Below are positions 13,387 to 26,365 of a DNA stretch of 64,000 nucleotides, in pieces (the first letter of the stretch is position 1; each line of letters opens with the position of its first letter). The stretch covers positions 1,550,001 through 1,614,000 of the forward strand of contig NW_026250405.1 of the NCBI RefSeq assembly GCF_024521635.1. The letters run 5' to 3'. Made by a program: the position numbers and the translations under genes. The notes below the pieces were generated by a model. That model was not told where the DNA came from. It worked only from the letters and a program-made list of their open reading frames with translations, and searched no databases. This DNA is from Tricharina praecox. Taxonomy: Eukaryota.

Positions 13387-13393
13387 ATAAAGA
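13387..13393 (+). promoter_or_regulatory. Candidate TATA box of the bHLH gene
   Basis: TATAAAA followed by a CT-rich stretch ~290 bp upstream of the ATG. Confidence 0.45.
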
Positions 13394-13679
13394 GCCGGAT
13401 ACACCCCCCAGTAGTATACCCTATACCCCCTCCTCCCCCTTCTGAAATCCAGTCGGTCAGTCTCTTCGGTTTGCAGTGCCCTGGGTTACCCCACTCGTTC
13501 CTTGGTTTGATTCCTGCTTCGTCTCCAGCAGCAGTCAGTGCAGTCTTTACTTGTCTACTTTACCGGATCATACATATATCGTTCGTCGGCTTCCTCTCGT
13601 TGGTTATCGTCACATACCCCATAAGTACTCCATACAACACCGCCACACCGCCATACCACATACCATACCAAGCAATAGA

Positions 13680-14787
13680 ATGGCCCTGGCACCACCCACA
13701 ACACACGCAGCACACGCCGCTCTTCCGTAAGACTCACCGCACCAACTATATGCAGAAACTAATCCGTCTCACCAGCTCACTATCCACGCTGATCCAAGGA
13801 ATGCCACCGCAGGAGGCCACTCCGCATCCCCAAAAGCCCTCAGCCGACATGACCAGCCCATTCGAGTCCTACCAGCAGCACCACCAGCAGCACCAGCACC
13901 AGCACCAGCAGCAGCATCAAGTCCAGCACCTCTCCATGCCCAAGCCTTTGCTCGCGCACAGCACCCCGCCAAACTTTGAGATCCTCGAATGCGACTCCAG
14001 CAGCACTCCCAGCACCACACCCGGCTGCAGCGGCGGCAGTAGCAGCTACTCAATGCCCAGCCCGATCTCTCCGCGCACCACGCGCTGCCCGTCGCTCACA
14101 AACAGCATATACTCCTCCGCGTCGTCGAGCACGACGCCGTCGCTGCCCGCGCGCAGGAGCAGCCCCAACAGCAGCAGCAGCAACAGGGGGAGCTTCACCA
14201 TCTCCACCGCCGCCGGCACCACCGCCGCCACAGCCGCCGCCTCCACCACTGCCGTCACAGGCCGCGACATCCTCCGCTACACCCACGACCGCACCATCAA
14301 GCCGGTGGTGTACACGTCCATTCTGCCGCACGTGTACTCCGCCCTCCACACCCACCCTTCCCACGCCCACCCTTCCCACGCCCCCCACCACGCCCCCCAC
14401 CTGCCCCACCACCCATCCCACCCCCACCACCCCTTTCCCCCCCACCACGCCCATCACCACCACGAGGAGAAGTTATCCAAACACGAAAAACGCCGCCGCA
14501 ACCACCTGAATTCCGAAAAGAAGCGGCGCGAGAACATCAAGAGCGGCATGGACGCGCTGTTCCAGCTGGTGCCGGCGTGCCGCGACCAGCAGGAGAGTAA
14601 GGCGAATATCCTCCGCAAGACAAGGGATTATATACTCGAGCTGCAGGGCGCGGTGGGCGCGGTCGAGGCGGAGTGTAGACGCCTTGCTGCGGTGGGGGTG
14701 CAGGAGGAGGGGTGGGGGGAGGGGAGGCGGAGGACGGTTGCGGGACAGACGGGGCAGGGGCAGGGGAAGTCGAGGTCCAGGCTTTAG
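13680..14787 (+). CDS. bHLH transcription factor (Max/Mlx/Ino4-like basic region) with Gln/His-rich tracts; intron 13727-13775
   Basis: Exon 1 MALAPPTTHAAHAALP joins SLSTLIQG in frame (GTAAGA..ACTAAT..CAG); bHLH KRRRNHLNSEKKRRENIKSGMDALFQLVP..SKANILRKTRDYILEL. Confidence 0.88.
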
Positions 14788-15973
14788 GTGCGGACTGTAA
14801 TTTTTGTTTTTGAGTGTACACGTTTGCTGGTGGTGGTGGGGAAATATGATCTTTTAATATGTAGGCCCCGATATACCGATATATACTGGGGGTTTCCGCT
14901 CTTTTGGAACTTTTTTTCCCTATGTACTTGGGTATTGATTTGTACTTTTGCAGGCAGGCGGGTGGGGGGAGGAGGGGATTCTATTTGGTTGGTTGGGTTC
15001 TTCGAGGGGAATGGGGAATGGGGAATGGGGAGAGAAGAGAGAAGAACGTCTAGTTAGTTGGTCTCGATATATACTTCCTATATAAAAAATACCAAGAGGA
15101 TCACTCGGATTTTGGGTCATCAGGAAGCTTCAAGTACTGAGTTAGGGATTGAGTAAGCTGGGTAGCGGAGAACATACCTAGGCGGACCATGAGCGTTTGT
15201 TTTGTTTGGTAGGCAGCGGCGCAGCATCGAGCTGAGGCGATAGAGCTTTCTCTCTATGTACCCCGCGGAACTGGCAGGAAAGGCCGGGAAGTTGGTGGTC
15301 GCCATAGTTTAGTAAAGGCCGCATGCAACAATAAGTTGATGTTCTCTCTCTTAGGGATTGGCAATTGCTGCAGTTTTTCTCCCTTAAGCGGGGTCTTGAT
15401 CACTCGTGCGGCTTCCTCCCATATCTCCTAGATGATCCGGTGAGCGGCCCTGGTAGAACGAACTTTCGTTTCCTGTCCGTGTGTACTATTTGGATGATAC
15501 CGTATTTAAGTACTAGGTGGTTAATCATACTTTATCACTCAGATTGCGAGTGATTTTGAATGCATAACTTTACTAGTAATAACGGGCAGAATTGATTTGC
15601 ATGTAAGGCCCAGGCAGTGAGCAGGGGAGACGGGGTTGTCACACTGAGCTGTTAAGATGGAGAGTGGATAAGGGGTTGGAAAAATTGTACTTGCGCCGCC
15701 ATAATATAGGTACCTCCCTAGGTTGAATGAGAGCCTTATGGTCAAACAAAAATAGGTAAGACCGAATTGATCATGAGGTTATGTATCGGTCTCACAAGAC
15801 AATTGACATTGTCTTACATTTGAAGATGAAGGCGGCAGCAGTGAAGAGTCCCTCGATTCTTTTCCCAAGTTTCTGCACATGCGCAGCGAGTGGATTATCG
15901 CGACTGCACAAAACTGGTATCGTTCAAATTCATCATACATATGGCACACAACTCCCCATCCCGCGGAACCAGC

Positions 15974-17468
15974 CTACAGCCTACTCTCCTTCTCCGGCGA
16001 TCCTACATCCTCCAGCATATACTTACTCGCCATTGTCCTGCTAACGGCCTTCTCCGCCTCGCCCTTCTGCAATCCCCTCGCCTCCGTAGCAGGATTATAC
16101 TCCCTGCCGCCGACCCTCTCCGCCTCGCCCTCGACCTTTTTGCTCCCCCTGCCATCACCGCGCTTATACACTGTGACGACCGCGGCGCCTCCGAGTCCGA
16201 GGTTATGTTGCAGGGCGGCCTCGACGCCCTCCACATTCCTCTCGCCCGCCCAGCCCCTCAAATGCCAGACCAGTTCCGCGCACTGCGCCAGCCCCGTCGC
16301 GCCCAGCGGATGTCCCTTCGAGATGAGCCCTCCACTCGGATTAACGACGCACTTCCCGCCGTAGGTGATATCTCCCGCGCGGACCATTTCGTGCGCCTTT
16401 CCGGGCGCACACAGGCCCAGCGCGTCGAGGGTGATCAGCTCGTTGGCTGAGAAGCAGTCGTGCAGCTCGACGAGTTTCAGCGACGACGCGGAGACAGACG
16501 CTTGCGATAGCGCCGTTGCCGCCGCCCGCCGCGTCATGTCTGCCCCCACTAGCTCGATCGCGGAGGCGTTGTATAGAGCGGGCGTGTCAGATGACATCGC
16601 TTGCCCTGCGATCAGGATCGCGCGGGACTTGAGGTGCGGGTGTGAGTCCAGGAAGGATTGTGATACTACCACAGCTGCGGCAGCGCCGTCGGATGTGGGG
16701 CAGCTACGGAGGGCACACACAGTCAGCGCTTAGCTACACTCGTGGGGGTGTGGGATACCTTACCACTGCAGTTTCGTCAACGGACTGTGGATCATCGGGC
16801 TTTTCATGATCTGCTCCCTGGTGTACACATCTCTAAACTGGGAGTACGGGTTCCTTTGGGAGTGTTCATGATTAACCCTGGCAATCTCCGCAAAATCCTC
16901 ATCCGTGGCTCCATATTTCTCCATATACTCCCTGCCAGCATTTCCGAACAGCTGCGCGGCGCCGGGAGCCTTCGGATCCATGCCGCGCGTGGAGTGCATC
17001 ATCTTGTAGGATTTGTCTAGCGGGTTGGTGCGGTCCTTGTAGAACGTCTGCAGCGAGCCCGGAAACATCTTTTCAAAGCCGACGACGAGAACGACGTTGG
17101 CGAGACCGGAGGCGCAGAATTGCCGCGCCATGAACAGACCCGTGCTCCCCGTGCTGCAGTTGTTGTTCACGTTGTAGATCGGGATGCCGGTCATTCCTGC
17201 AGGCTATTAGCTCCCACCTAAATAGCAAGGAAGAGAGAGAGAAAGAGGGCATACCGAATTGGTAGAACACCCGTTGCCCGCTCGTGGAGTCGCCATACGC
17301 GTAGCACGCCACGCCCTGGTCCACATCGTCGTAGTTCAGCTCCGCGTCGACGAGCGCCTTGACGCCGGCTTCGAAGCCCATGGCCGGATAGTCGACCTGC
17401 CCGCGTGGCTTGATGAATTTCGTCATGCCGACGCCAAGGACGTAGGTTGGTGATCCTGCTGTAGCCAT
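15974..17468 (-). CDS. SCP-x type thiolase (non-specific lipid-transfer protein), peroxisomal; introns 17254-17197, 16763-16704
   Basis: [65 protein letters not shown]-terminal SRL (PTS1). Confidence 0.95.
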
Positions 17469-18095
17469 GGTTGTGGTGTTTTTTTTTGGTAGGTTGTCGT
17501 TGGAGTTACGGATGGAGGTGGCTAGAACAATGGTGGCAGATGGGTTAGCTTGGTAGATATATGTGCTCTATATAACTCCCGATGGAACCGGACTGCGGGA
17601 CGCTTGTTGCCGGCGCTGCCGAACGAGAGTGTGGGGAATGCCTGCAGTGGCCGAGGTTCGATTCGAGCCCGATTGCAGCTGATTGTTCTAAGCGAGTTTC
17701 ACTCGCTCCACGTAGCCGTTGATCATGTGATATCTAGTGACGGTCGTGGGGTTGGGTTACAACTTAGGCATCATGGAATATGGGGCCATGAGGCATGAAC
17801 TGGTAATAATAGTATATGGGGTATGTGCACTTCACCATCGCCCGACTCCTGAGTCCTAAATCGATGAAGTGTCAATCTCACTGGACTTTTTTGGTACAAT
17901 ACGGTAGTCAAATCTCGATTCAAGAACCATCTCCGTTAAAGTCTTGAATTTCATCGTGAAGAAACCGCCAAAGCTCCCCAAAGAAACACAGTAGGTACAG
18001 TACATGAAACGACAAAAAGCAGAAATGACAAGACAACCAAGCGATCAATCATCGACTACGACGACCTCAACCTTGCAATCATTCGAAATCCCCCT

Positions 18096-20418
18096 CTAAG
18101 CCGTAGTGGTAACCTTGATACCTCCTCTCGGCAGTCTATTCTCGCCCTCCTCCCAGGGGATTCCCGCCTCCTTCCTCGCCATGTCGACCACCCACCTCTC
18201 CTCGCCTCCTTGGACCTTCTCGCCACTGCCCAGCTTGGCGGCAAGATACAGCCACGCAACAGCGTTACCAACGGTTCCGACCTCGTCGCTGACACTACTC
18301 TTGGCGTAGTCGCTCATCTTCTGATACTTGACTTTGTCGTTCATGAGTTCGAACGCCTTTTCGGCCACCGCGGTCGAATCGCCAACCTTTACCAGGTATC
18401 CGTTCTTTCCGTCCTGGACCTGGAGTGGGATGCCACCAGCACGGCAAGCGATCACGGGCTTTCCCTTGTGCAGCGCCTCGGAGACCTTGACCTCGAATCC
18501 CTCGCGCGACGACAGCTGCAAGACGATCTTGGCCGAAGTGATGAGAGCATCCAGGAGCTGGTCCGAGGGTCCCAGACGGATCACGATGATGTCATCGCGG
18601 ATGTCGTCGAACTCGGGCTGGTCGAGACGTTGGATGGTTTCGTCGAAGACAATCGATGCGTCGGGGTCGTCGATTGCGCCGTGGCCACAGATGAGAAGTT
18701 GGGGGGGAACCCGGACGGGGTTTTGGTCAGCATAGAGCTTGCGAAGCTTGAGGTAAGAGTCGAGGACCGTGTCGATGCCCTTGCTCGGATCGAAACGCGC
18801 GATCTGGGTGATGTATTCACGAGCCGGGTACTTTAGCTTGGCCCTGGATGAAAAGGTCAATTATCTGCGTACCGGGTAGAGGAAGATGGGGGAAGCTTAC
18901 ATTCCTCGGTCGTGACAGGCAGTCCTAAGCTGGTGGTGGTAGTATCGCAAGTCCCACTCACGCATGGGCTTGTTCAAACCATCCAGCCAATCCGTAGCGG
19001 CCGGCATCAGAGCCAGAATCTCCTTGGGAACATCCGCCGGGACAAAGTTATTGACTGGGTGACTGATGAACACGTCCGCCATCTTTATCCGATCCCAGAG
19101 GAACTTCCAGACCTCCTCCTGGGGGCTTCCGGCAACGTTGATCAGATCACTTCTGATCTCGATGTGCGACCTGTAGATGATCTTGACTTCAGGACGGGTT
19201 TGACGGATCAGAGGAATCAAGCCAGGCATCTGGGGATCGTCTATGACTACGACGTCGGCACCGTGCTCAGCCAGGGGTCCGCCGCGAGAAAGCCAGTAGC
19301 GGTAGGCATTGAAGGTGATCCATTCCGTGTACTTGTCCTGCTTCTCTTGGGTGAATCGTGCATCTGGGGCAGCGACTCCTTGGAGGATGTTGTGGTTCGT
19401 TTTCGTAATTCTGAAGACCGTCGGACTGGGTTTAGGAATATACCTGTAACAGAATTCATGTTAGAAAATGCTGCAAATTGTACATTTAAACCCAAACTTA
19501 CCAAGAAGCATGAATTCCTAGTAGCTTGAGGAACCTAATGAGAGCGTGACGCATGAGAGCCACACCGCCGCCCTGAGGTGTCGCTGAGAAGAAGGCCACC
19601 TTGATCTTCTTCTTTTTCATTATGTTTGCATAATGAAGAACGGTATTCCACGTATTGTCGCTGACGGTAGCTTTGTACTCGTCTAGGCTGCTCACCAAAT
19701 GAATCATTCCACCCGTGTCGACCTCGACCTTGTTCCGGAATCCGATTGACGGAGGGGGCAAGTTCTGGGGTCCGAAGTAAATGATTGCCTTGCGGACCGC
19801 AGAGTCGGCCTGCTCATCGACGCCGAACTCCATCATAGCGGCTTGCTGAGCGTCATCGAAACCGGTTTCGTCGTCTTTATAGGGAAAGATGCTCACGGGC
19901 ATCGTTTCAACAACATCGAACGCCAACACGACGATGTCTAGCTCCTGCCAGAGGAACGACGGAAAGTCGGCGCACTCATTTAGAACCGCGGAGGTGATTC
20001 CCGCGCCGACGAACTTTCCGTGATGCTCCTCCGAGTAGTGAACAATGCTTGAGCGGACCGACTCCTTGATCGCCGTACCGATGGTCTCCCCACGTCCAGG
20101 ACATACTCGCTGCACACAGAAGTCGATGCTGTAGGTACCATCATGGATGGAGAGTCCTATCTCTACACATCCGCTGTCCACAGTCTTGATTGAGACGCCG
20201 ACGTAGAGGTCCTGAGAGCACCGACATTAGCTTGAAGCTCGAGCGACAGCTGCAGTGTCTCTGTGATGACGATAGCTGCGAAAGGGAGATGTGTGACATA
20301 CAGCGAGAGAAATTCCAGCCCATTGGTCCAAAGGCGCTCGAACTACCAGAGAGCGCCGTCGCTCCTGGGAAGGCTGCGAGTCGAACCCGTGGGGTTCTTC
20401 AAGAATGTGTGGTGCCAT
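18096..20418 (-). CDS. Trehalose synthase/phosphorylase, glycosyltransferase family 4 (Neurospora ccg-9-like); 4 exons
   Basis: HDGTYSIDF, VDEQADS, FFSATPQGGGVALMRHAL, DDPQMPGLIP, RSHIEIRSDL, QIARFDPSKG, GHGAIDDPDA, REGFEVKVSEALHKG. Confidence 0.93.
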
Positions 20419-21747
20419 GAGTATGTCGCGTTGCTGTCGTAAGGCTGTCGCGTGGTAGTAAGAAGGAGTGGGAGAGGGAGGAGTGGAAGCGGGTGGTTTT
20501 GTGTTGGGTGCGTCGGTGTTTGTGTGGTTTTTGACTAGGCTTGTTTATGTTTGAGTGATGTTTTTAGTGAATTCTCTCCCAGTTTGGCTTCCGAGAGAGT
20601 CGGTGGCTAGTAGATATAGGACTGAGTGACCGTCTTCAACTTCGAAGAGAGGAGGGGGTGGAGAGGAAAAGGCAAGAGGGAGAGGGGAAGGGAGGGAGGG
20701 GCAAGTGAAAGAAAACAGCTTCGGATCGATGCTCGACCCATTATCCCACATGGACCATCCCGTGCGTCATACCTCGATCAATTCCTGAGCCCTGCGGCGA
20801 CAGAGTGAGAGAGATCGTCGGAAGTTGCCCCTACTGCTGGCAACTGCGGCTCAGCCCTCCGAGGCTGTCGCTGTGCTCAGCCTATCGCACGCTAACTACC
20901 TCAGCCTCGATCGATTCATCGCACTGAGGCTAATCATTTCCATGCCAGATCTATTACTCTAACGGATGTTGCGGATCTGGCCTGCGTCCACCGTGGATCC
21001 GAGAGGTTAAGGCGTTGCACCAAAAGTGCAAAAGTCATTCGACATACATGTGACGTCAGACATTGGTGATTGGCAAGGGCAGCATTGGACTTCCGTTGCC
21101 ACCCACGACCCCAGCTCGGCGGGTGCTCAGGGTGGTTGTCTAACCTAGTCTCTCCCTCCCGTCACAAGTATCATATGAAATGCCGAGTAGCGGTACTCGA
21201 CATATCCCTCGTGAGCACGGAAACTCGGCTGGCGAATCACTGGCCATCACTCAGAGCGGCGAACTCGGACGGGAACGTTCCGAAGAAAGGGATTGTCACC
21301 GCCGCCATAATAAATCTAGATACCTAGGCTGAATCCGAGCATGATCAAACAAAGCAAAGAAATGGATTGTCACCGCTAAACAAGACACGTACGATCCTGG
21401 AACCAAGCAAAGCAGTCCGGTGACGGGAACTACGTCGCGGCTAGGAGGAAAACAAGAAAGAAAGAAAAGGCCATACGATAAAAGGTGACTGTGTGTGATC
21501 CAGTCAATACAAATCGTGTCGCGTAGAATAAAAGGCGCCCAAATGGCAAAAGCAAACAACGCAGCAGAAAAAAAGAAAAACTGAACCAAGAACCCCCATT
21601 CCACGCACCCAATTCCTAAGCAACGCATCTCCAATCAAACCCCACAAGCAAAGTACGCGAAGGAACAGCATCACTGAACCAACAAACAGGCTACTGTAGA
21701 ACAGTCTCCAGTGGATCGATGATTGCAAACACAGGAAGGAACCCTCT

Positions 21748-23087
21748 CTACTCCTTCAGGTTCTCATCCTTCTCCTGCGGGACATAAGTGCGCCCCTCGG
21801 GTTTCCCGGGCACACCGTGCCACACCCCAACATTCGAGCTTCCGTCTTGAATGCTCCTGACCTCCGCGTCTTCTTCTGTGCCCTCTTTGATACTAGCACT
21901 CCGTACACTCAAGCTTCTCCTCTCGGGCTCGTCGCAATCGCAAACATCCATGTTCCATGCGCTGCTCCTGCGGCTGTGACGACCGGTGTGCAGACTCTCT
22001 CTGGTGCTATTCCCGGCACCGACCGTAATCGGCGACACCAGAGGACTGCCGGCGGCATAAACCTCGCCCATTATCGATCCAGTAGTCCCATTCAGCACAC
22101 TAGCGGCATCGCCCGTCCCTCCAAGCGTGGAGCCACGAAGCGAAGCGCGTTCTCCAACTATAGAGCGCCCGCCCAAGCCCGAATCGAGATTGCCGCTGAG
22201 CACGGACAACGGTAGCGATTCGCGCGAGCCGCCAAACATCGACGACGGTGCCAGCGCACGCACCGATGCGTCGGTGTCGACGGAACGGCGTCGTCGGCGC
22301 TTCGACGACGAGGCGAGCGTGATTATCGATGCATTGTCCGTCCATACTCCATGCGCGGTAGCGGCGTTGTATGAAACGGGGTGGAGAAGACCGGGGACGA
22401 TGGGGCTGTGGCCTTGAGAGTCGAAGGGCGCCGAATACATCTGCGGGGGAGCGTTCGGATTGTGGTGGTGTGCGGGGTGTGGATTGTAGTTTGCATTTAG
22501 CATAGAGCCAGGGGCGGTCGATTGGACAGTAGTCAGAGTGGTGGTGAGGCTACGCATCGACGGTGTGGGCGACGAGAATGTGGATGTCGTGACGGTTGTG
22601 GTTGAAGGCGAAGGTCGTGTTCTTGTTGAACCCTGCGCCGTCCGCTGGCCGTCGTCGCAGTCGATATCGAGATCGGAAGTGGAGGTTATAGAGTCGGTCG
22701 ATCCCATGTAATGGTAGTTGCCATGGACTTCGAACGCAAGATGCCCACTGGAGGACACGCGCGATAGTGATGGTGGGTGGCCGATCGGTTGACATTGCCT
22801 CGACGACGGTGTACCGGAAGAGAAAGACGCGCTGCGTCCCGTGGCGCGCGTGCTATCTCTAGAGGCCGAAGGCCCCGCCGCTGAAGATTTCAAGTTTGCC
22901 AGACGCTTCATGAAAGTGCTAAACTTGCGGGGTTTGTGATTCGCTCTCTCCGTAGCACTTCCATTTGAACCTGCAGAGTGAAGAGAATCAGCTCTCACCC
23001 CGATAAGGAAGTCTAGCAGAGTAGCGAACCGGAGGATCCGGGCACCGTAGGGACGCGCGAAACGTCGGTAGCCATAGAGGTAGCCAT
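21748..23087 (-). CDS. Conserved fungal Ser/Thr-rich hypothetical protein; intron 23029-22971
   Basis: Exon 1 MATSMATD.. splices in frame; motif DNASIITLASSSKRRRRRSVDTDASVRALAPSS.FGGSRESLPLS recalled from Pezizomycotina hypothetical proteins. Confidence 0.75.
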
Positions 23088-24099
23088 AGATAAGGGCAGG
23101 CGTCTACGGCGCGTGAATGTGGTTTCGATTCCGTGTTCAGCGAGGTATGAATGGCGGACTCGGAGGTCTTTGTCGTGGTATGTAGAGTTCTGTGTGGTTG
23201 GGTATCGTGGGGTGGTGTTAGTTGTTAAGATCTGGTGCGCTGTTTCGTCGGCACGGATGCAGCCGCACTATGCTGTTTCACAGCTCTACGCTTGGCCCTA
23301 AACCCTAAATCCGCCGCTTCGTTCAATATAGGTAACCATCTTATCATCACTTTGCTACGTCGTGCCAAGAGTCATGTATCATAGTTCTCCAAGCTCATAG
23401 CCTCATACAACCCATTCGGATCGCCTCTCTCGCTTGAAACAGCGTGCGTAACTAAGTTTCGAGTTTCGAAACATCGAGGCCCTACAGGAGATCTTGGCAG
23501 CCTTAGTATTGCTGATGCGCCACACCTACACCCAGCAGTATTCTATCCTCAGCATGGCAGACAAAATGAAGTTGTACGGATTCTCATTTACTCAGGAAGC
23601 GCACATTAATCCCTAATATCCTAATGAGCCATGAGTCATAACTTAAGATGAGCACAAGTACTCGATCCTAGGAAAGAGCCGCGAGGTCTCTCGTCAACAT
23701 CTTTTCAGCAGGCGTCTACAAACTTCATACTCAAGATTTAAAGGTCAAGATAAACGTTAAAACACGGCCCGGAATACCGGAGGCCAGGCACCAACCTTAT
23801 GACTATAGCCGAGTGATAGTGAATGGAGACATCCGGACAAGGTTGAAACCGGTTTCACCACGGGTGTAGGCCAGATCAACCACTGGAAGACTCTATCAGC
23901 AGGTTAACGGGACGTGCGGGTAGTCAATCCTGAGACGCCGTTCGTAACGGCCGGGGATTCTCATGGGTGCCAGTGCCGTCCTTAGGTGGGCCGCCCATCG
24001 ACAACAGGACCGATCCCACCTCCGTTCCGGGAGTGCCACCAACCGGAAAGCTAAAAAAGTGTATTTCCGCAACAACAAAGGAAGCAGAGCCAAAACGAA

Positions 24100-24186
24100 A
24101 GCCTCACGCGGGGGTCGAACCCGCAACCTTGAGATGGACTTGGAGGTCCTAAAAGTCTCACGCTCTAGCCATTGAGCTAGCGAGGC
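24100..24186 (-). tRNA. tRNA-Lys(UUU) with a 14-nt intron
   Basis: Reverse complement GCCTCGC TA GCTC AATGGCTA GAGC G TGAGA CT TTT A [GGACCTCCAAGTCC] A TCTCA AGGTT GCGGG TTCGACC CCCGC GTGAGGC T; downstream T-runs. Confidence 0.95.
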
Positions 24187-26365
24187 CGTTCAGATATCTT
24201 CCGAGGTCTAAAACCAACAAGATATGGCATGATAGTGGAATGACAGCACGGATGGCTGAAGAGTATTGAGGTCTGCGAATACACTTGTAAAGTGGATAGT
24301 GTGCAGCCTCTGTATATGGCGAGTTACAATTTTTAGAGTTCGACATTGACTTGGGTGAGAAGTATTCAATATTCCTTCAAATCTTTGCTTGCACACGTTT
24401 ACGCCAGTGAGAAGACAGGATAACTCTATTGCTGGGCAGGCTGTTTACTGCCGAATGAACTGGCTGCTGCAGAACACTGTAGTACATTTGCACCCATGAA
24501 GTGGGGATCATACTCTTTCGCCAATTGATAGCCCGGGCTTGAAAGGTACCAAGAAAGTCCCTTAATTCTTCGGAGTAGGTGAGTGAGAAGGGATTTTATG
24601 CATCCACCAATAATACCCAAGTAGGTACATAATGCTAGGTCTGCTGTAACGAAATAACATACTTGTAGATCCTCTGCTGTAGAAATTTACCGGCGATTAT
24701 CTTCATATCTACAAATCTTCTCGAGATTCACCGCCGAGTGATAGCGTTTGGATCCGTTTTACAGATAAAATTTCATATACTGGTGGTTTTCACCAGGCAT
24801 ACCCGCGAATCCTTGATATAACCTCCGTGATTATCTCCATTTTTTTTCCTTCTGAATTATCCTTACCCTCTAGCGGAAGTTTATATGTACCGGCAAAGCC
24901 CACATTAAATTATTTGGGTTGCCGACTGAGGGTATTGACCAGTAAGTCTCTGGTAGTCAAGCAGCCCTTTATCCTTTATCCTTCTTCCTTCCTTTCTCTT
25001 CTTCTCTTCTTCTCTCCCCAGCCTTACCACAAGCACCAATGATGACAACAAAACATTAACATCCACATCTCACGCCTCGGACGCCCAGCTAGCTGTCAAA
25101 TTCGGCTACCTAATTCGATGCCTCGAAGCCAACCGGCATACCCAGGGCAGCACTAGCAAAGCCGGCCACGAGCGAGGGCTCGGAAAGCTGAGCTACCGGG
25201 CATATCCGATCCGGTCAAGTTACGGAGATTCCTTTATTTAGAACACGGGATTTTTGCAGCGGCCCTCCCCAGGAAGTTATGTACCGTACCGCTGGCGGAG
25301 ATACTCGGGGCAAACTAGCGAGCGCAAAACAGGACAAGAGTGGACATGCATTATAGTCAGTGGCGCTGAGATCGAGCTATCTACTCTAAACACCGACGAT
25401 GAGATGGGACTAATAGGATGATGATTGGAGTCGCGGGTTTTGTATCTACAAACATACGGTATTTCGTCACGACGATACTCCTCGTTTCAAATTTCCGGTT
25501 CACTCCTATGGTAGATGTTGAAGCCTGAAGGGCTCCTCCGCGCACCTACCTATCCTTGTGCGGTTGTTATTGTGATGATACGGTGTCGCTCCTCCTCCAG
25601 GCTCCTCCCTCCCCGCGCCTACATCATAATCTACTACATATACTTCCATCACTCGCCCCCGAGTCCTAGCCTCACCATCGGCATCGGAAAAACCATGCCT
25701 CCATGCCTCCATCCATGCCTGGCAAAACTCCAACAACCACGCGCATTCGCACATATATCATGCATAGATAGTTAGTACAATCTTATCTACCCGCATCTGC
25801 ATGCAGCCAGCCCACGCCAGCCCACGCCAGCCAAAGCCAGTGTACCAGCGGGCATGATCCCCGCAGGCCGGCCCCCACGCGAAAGTCACTGCACCATTGC
25901 ACCATAGAACGTGATATCGCATCATCCAGCGACGAAGTGATGACATTCATTGTTTATTGTTTTATTGGAGGAGTCTCGCAGTCTGGCAGGAGTGGGGGAA
26001 GTCGAGGGGAAGTCGAGGGGGGGGGGGAAATGTGGGAAACTGGGGACAGATGATGTGATGTGATGTGTGGGGAAGGAAGGGAAGCAAGGGAGAAGGTCAA
26101 ACATGAATACCGGTCATAGTCCAAAAAGAAAGAAGAAGAAGCCGTAGATACCTAGACCAAAACCCTCCCACGAACAGACCCACGAACCGACCAAAACACG
26201 CGAAAAGCAAGCCACAACAACCAAACGCTGAAAATACGCCATTCCGTCCATCCGTCCCGTAACGTTCGCTCAAAATAAGCCGCCAAAAGAAAAAGAAAAG
26301 AAAAAACGTAAAATCAATGTCCCATATCCATAAACCCCCCATCATAAGTTCATATCCCATTAAAC

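Noticed and set aside
23296..23309. CCCTAAACCCTAAA telomere-like repeat
   Set aside because: Only two copies, in a promoter; at most a transcription-factor site
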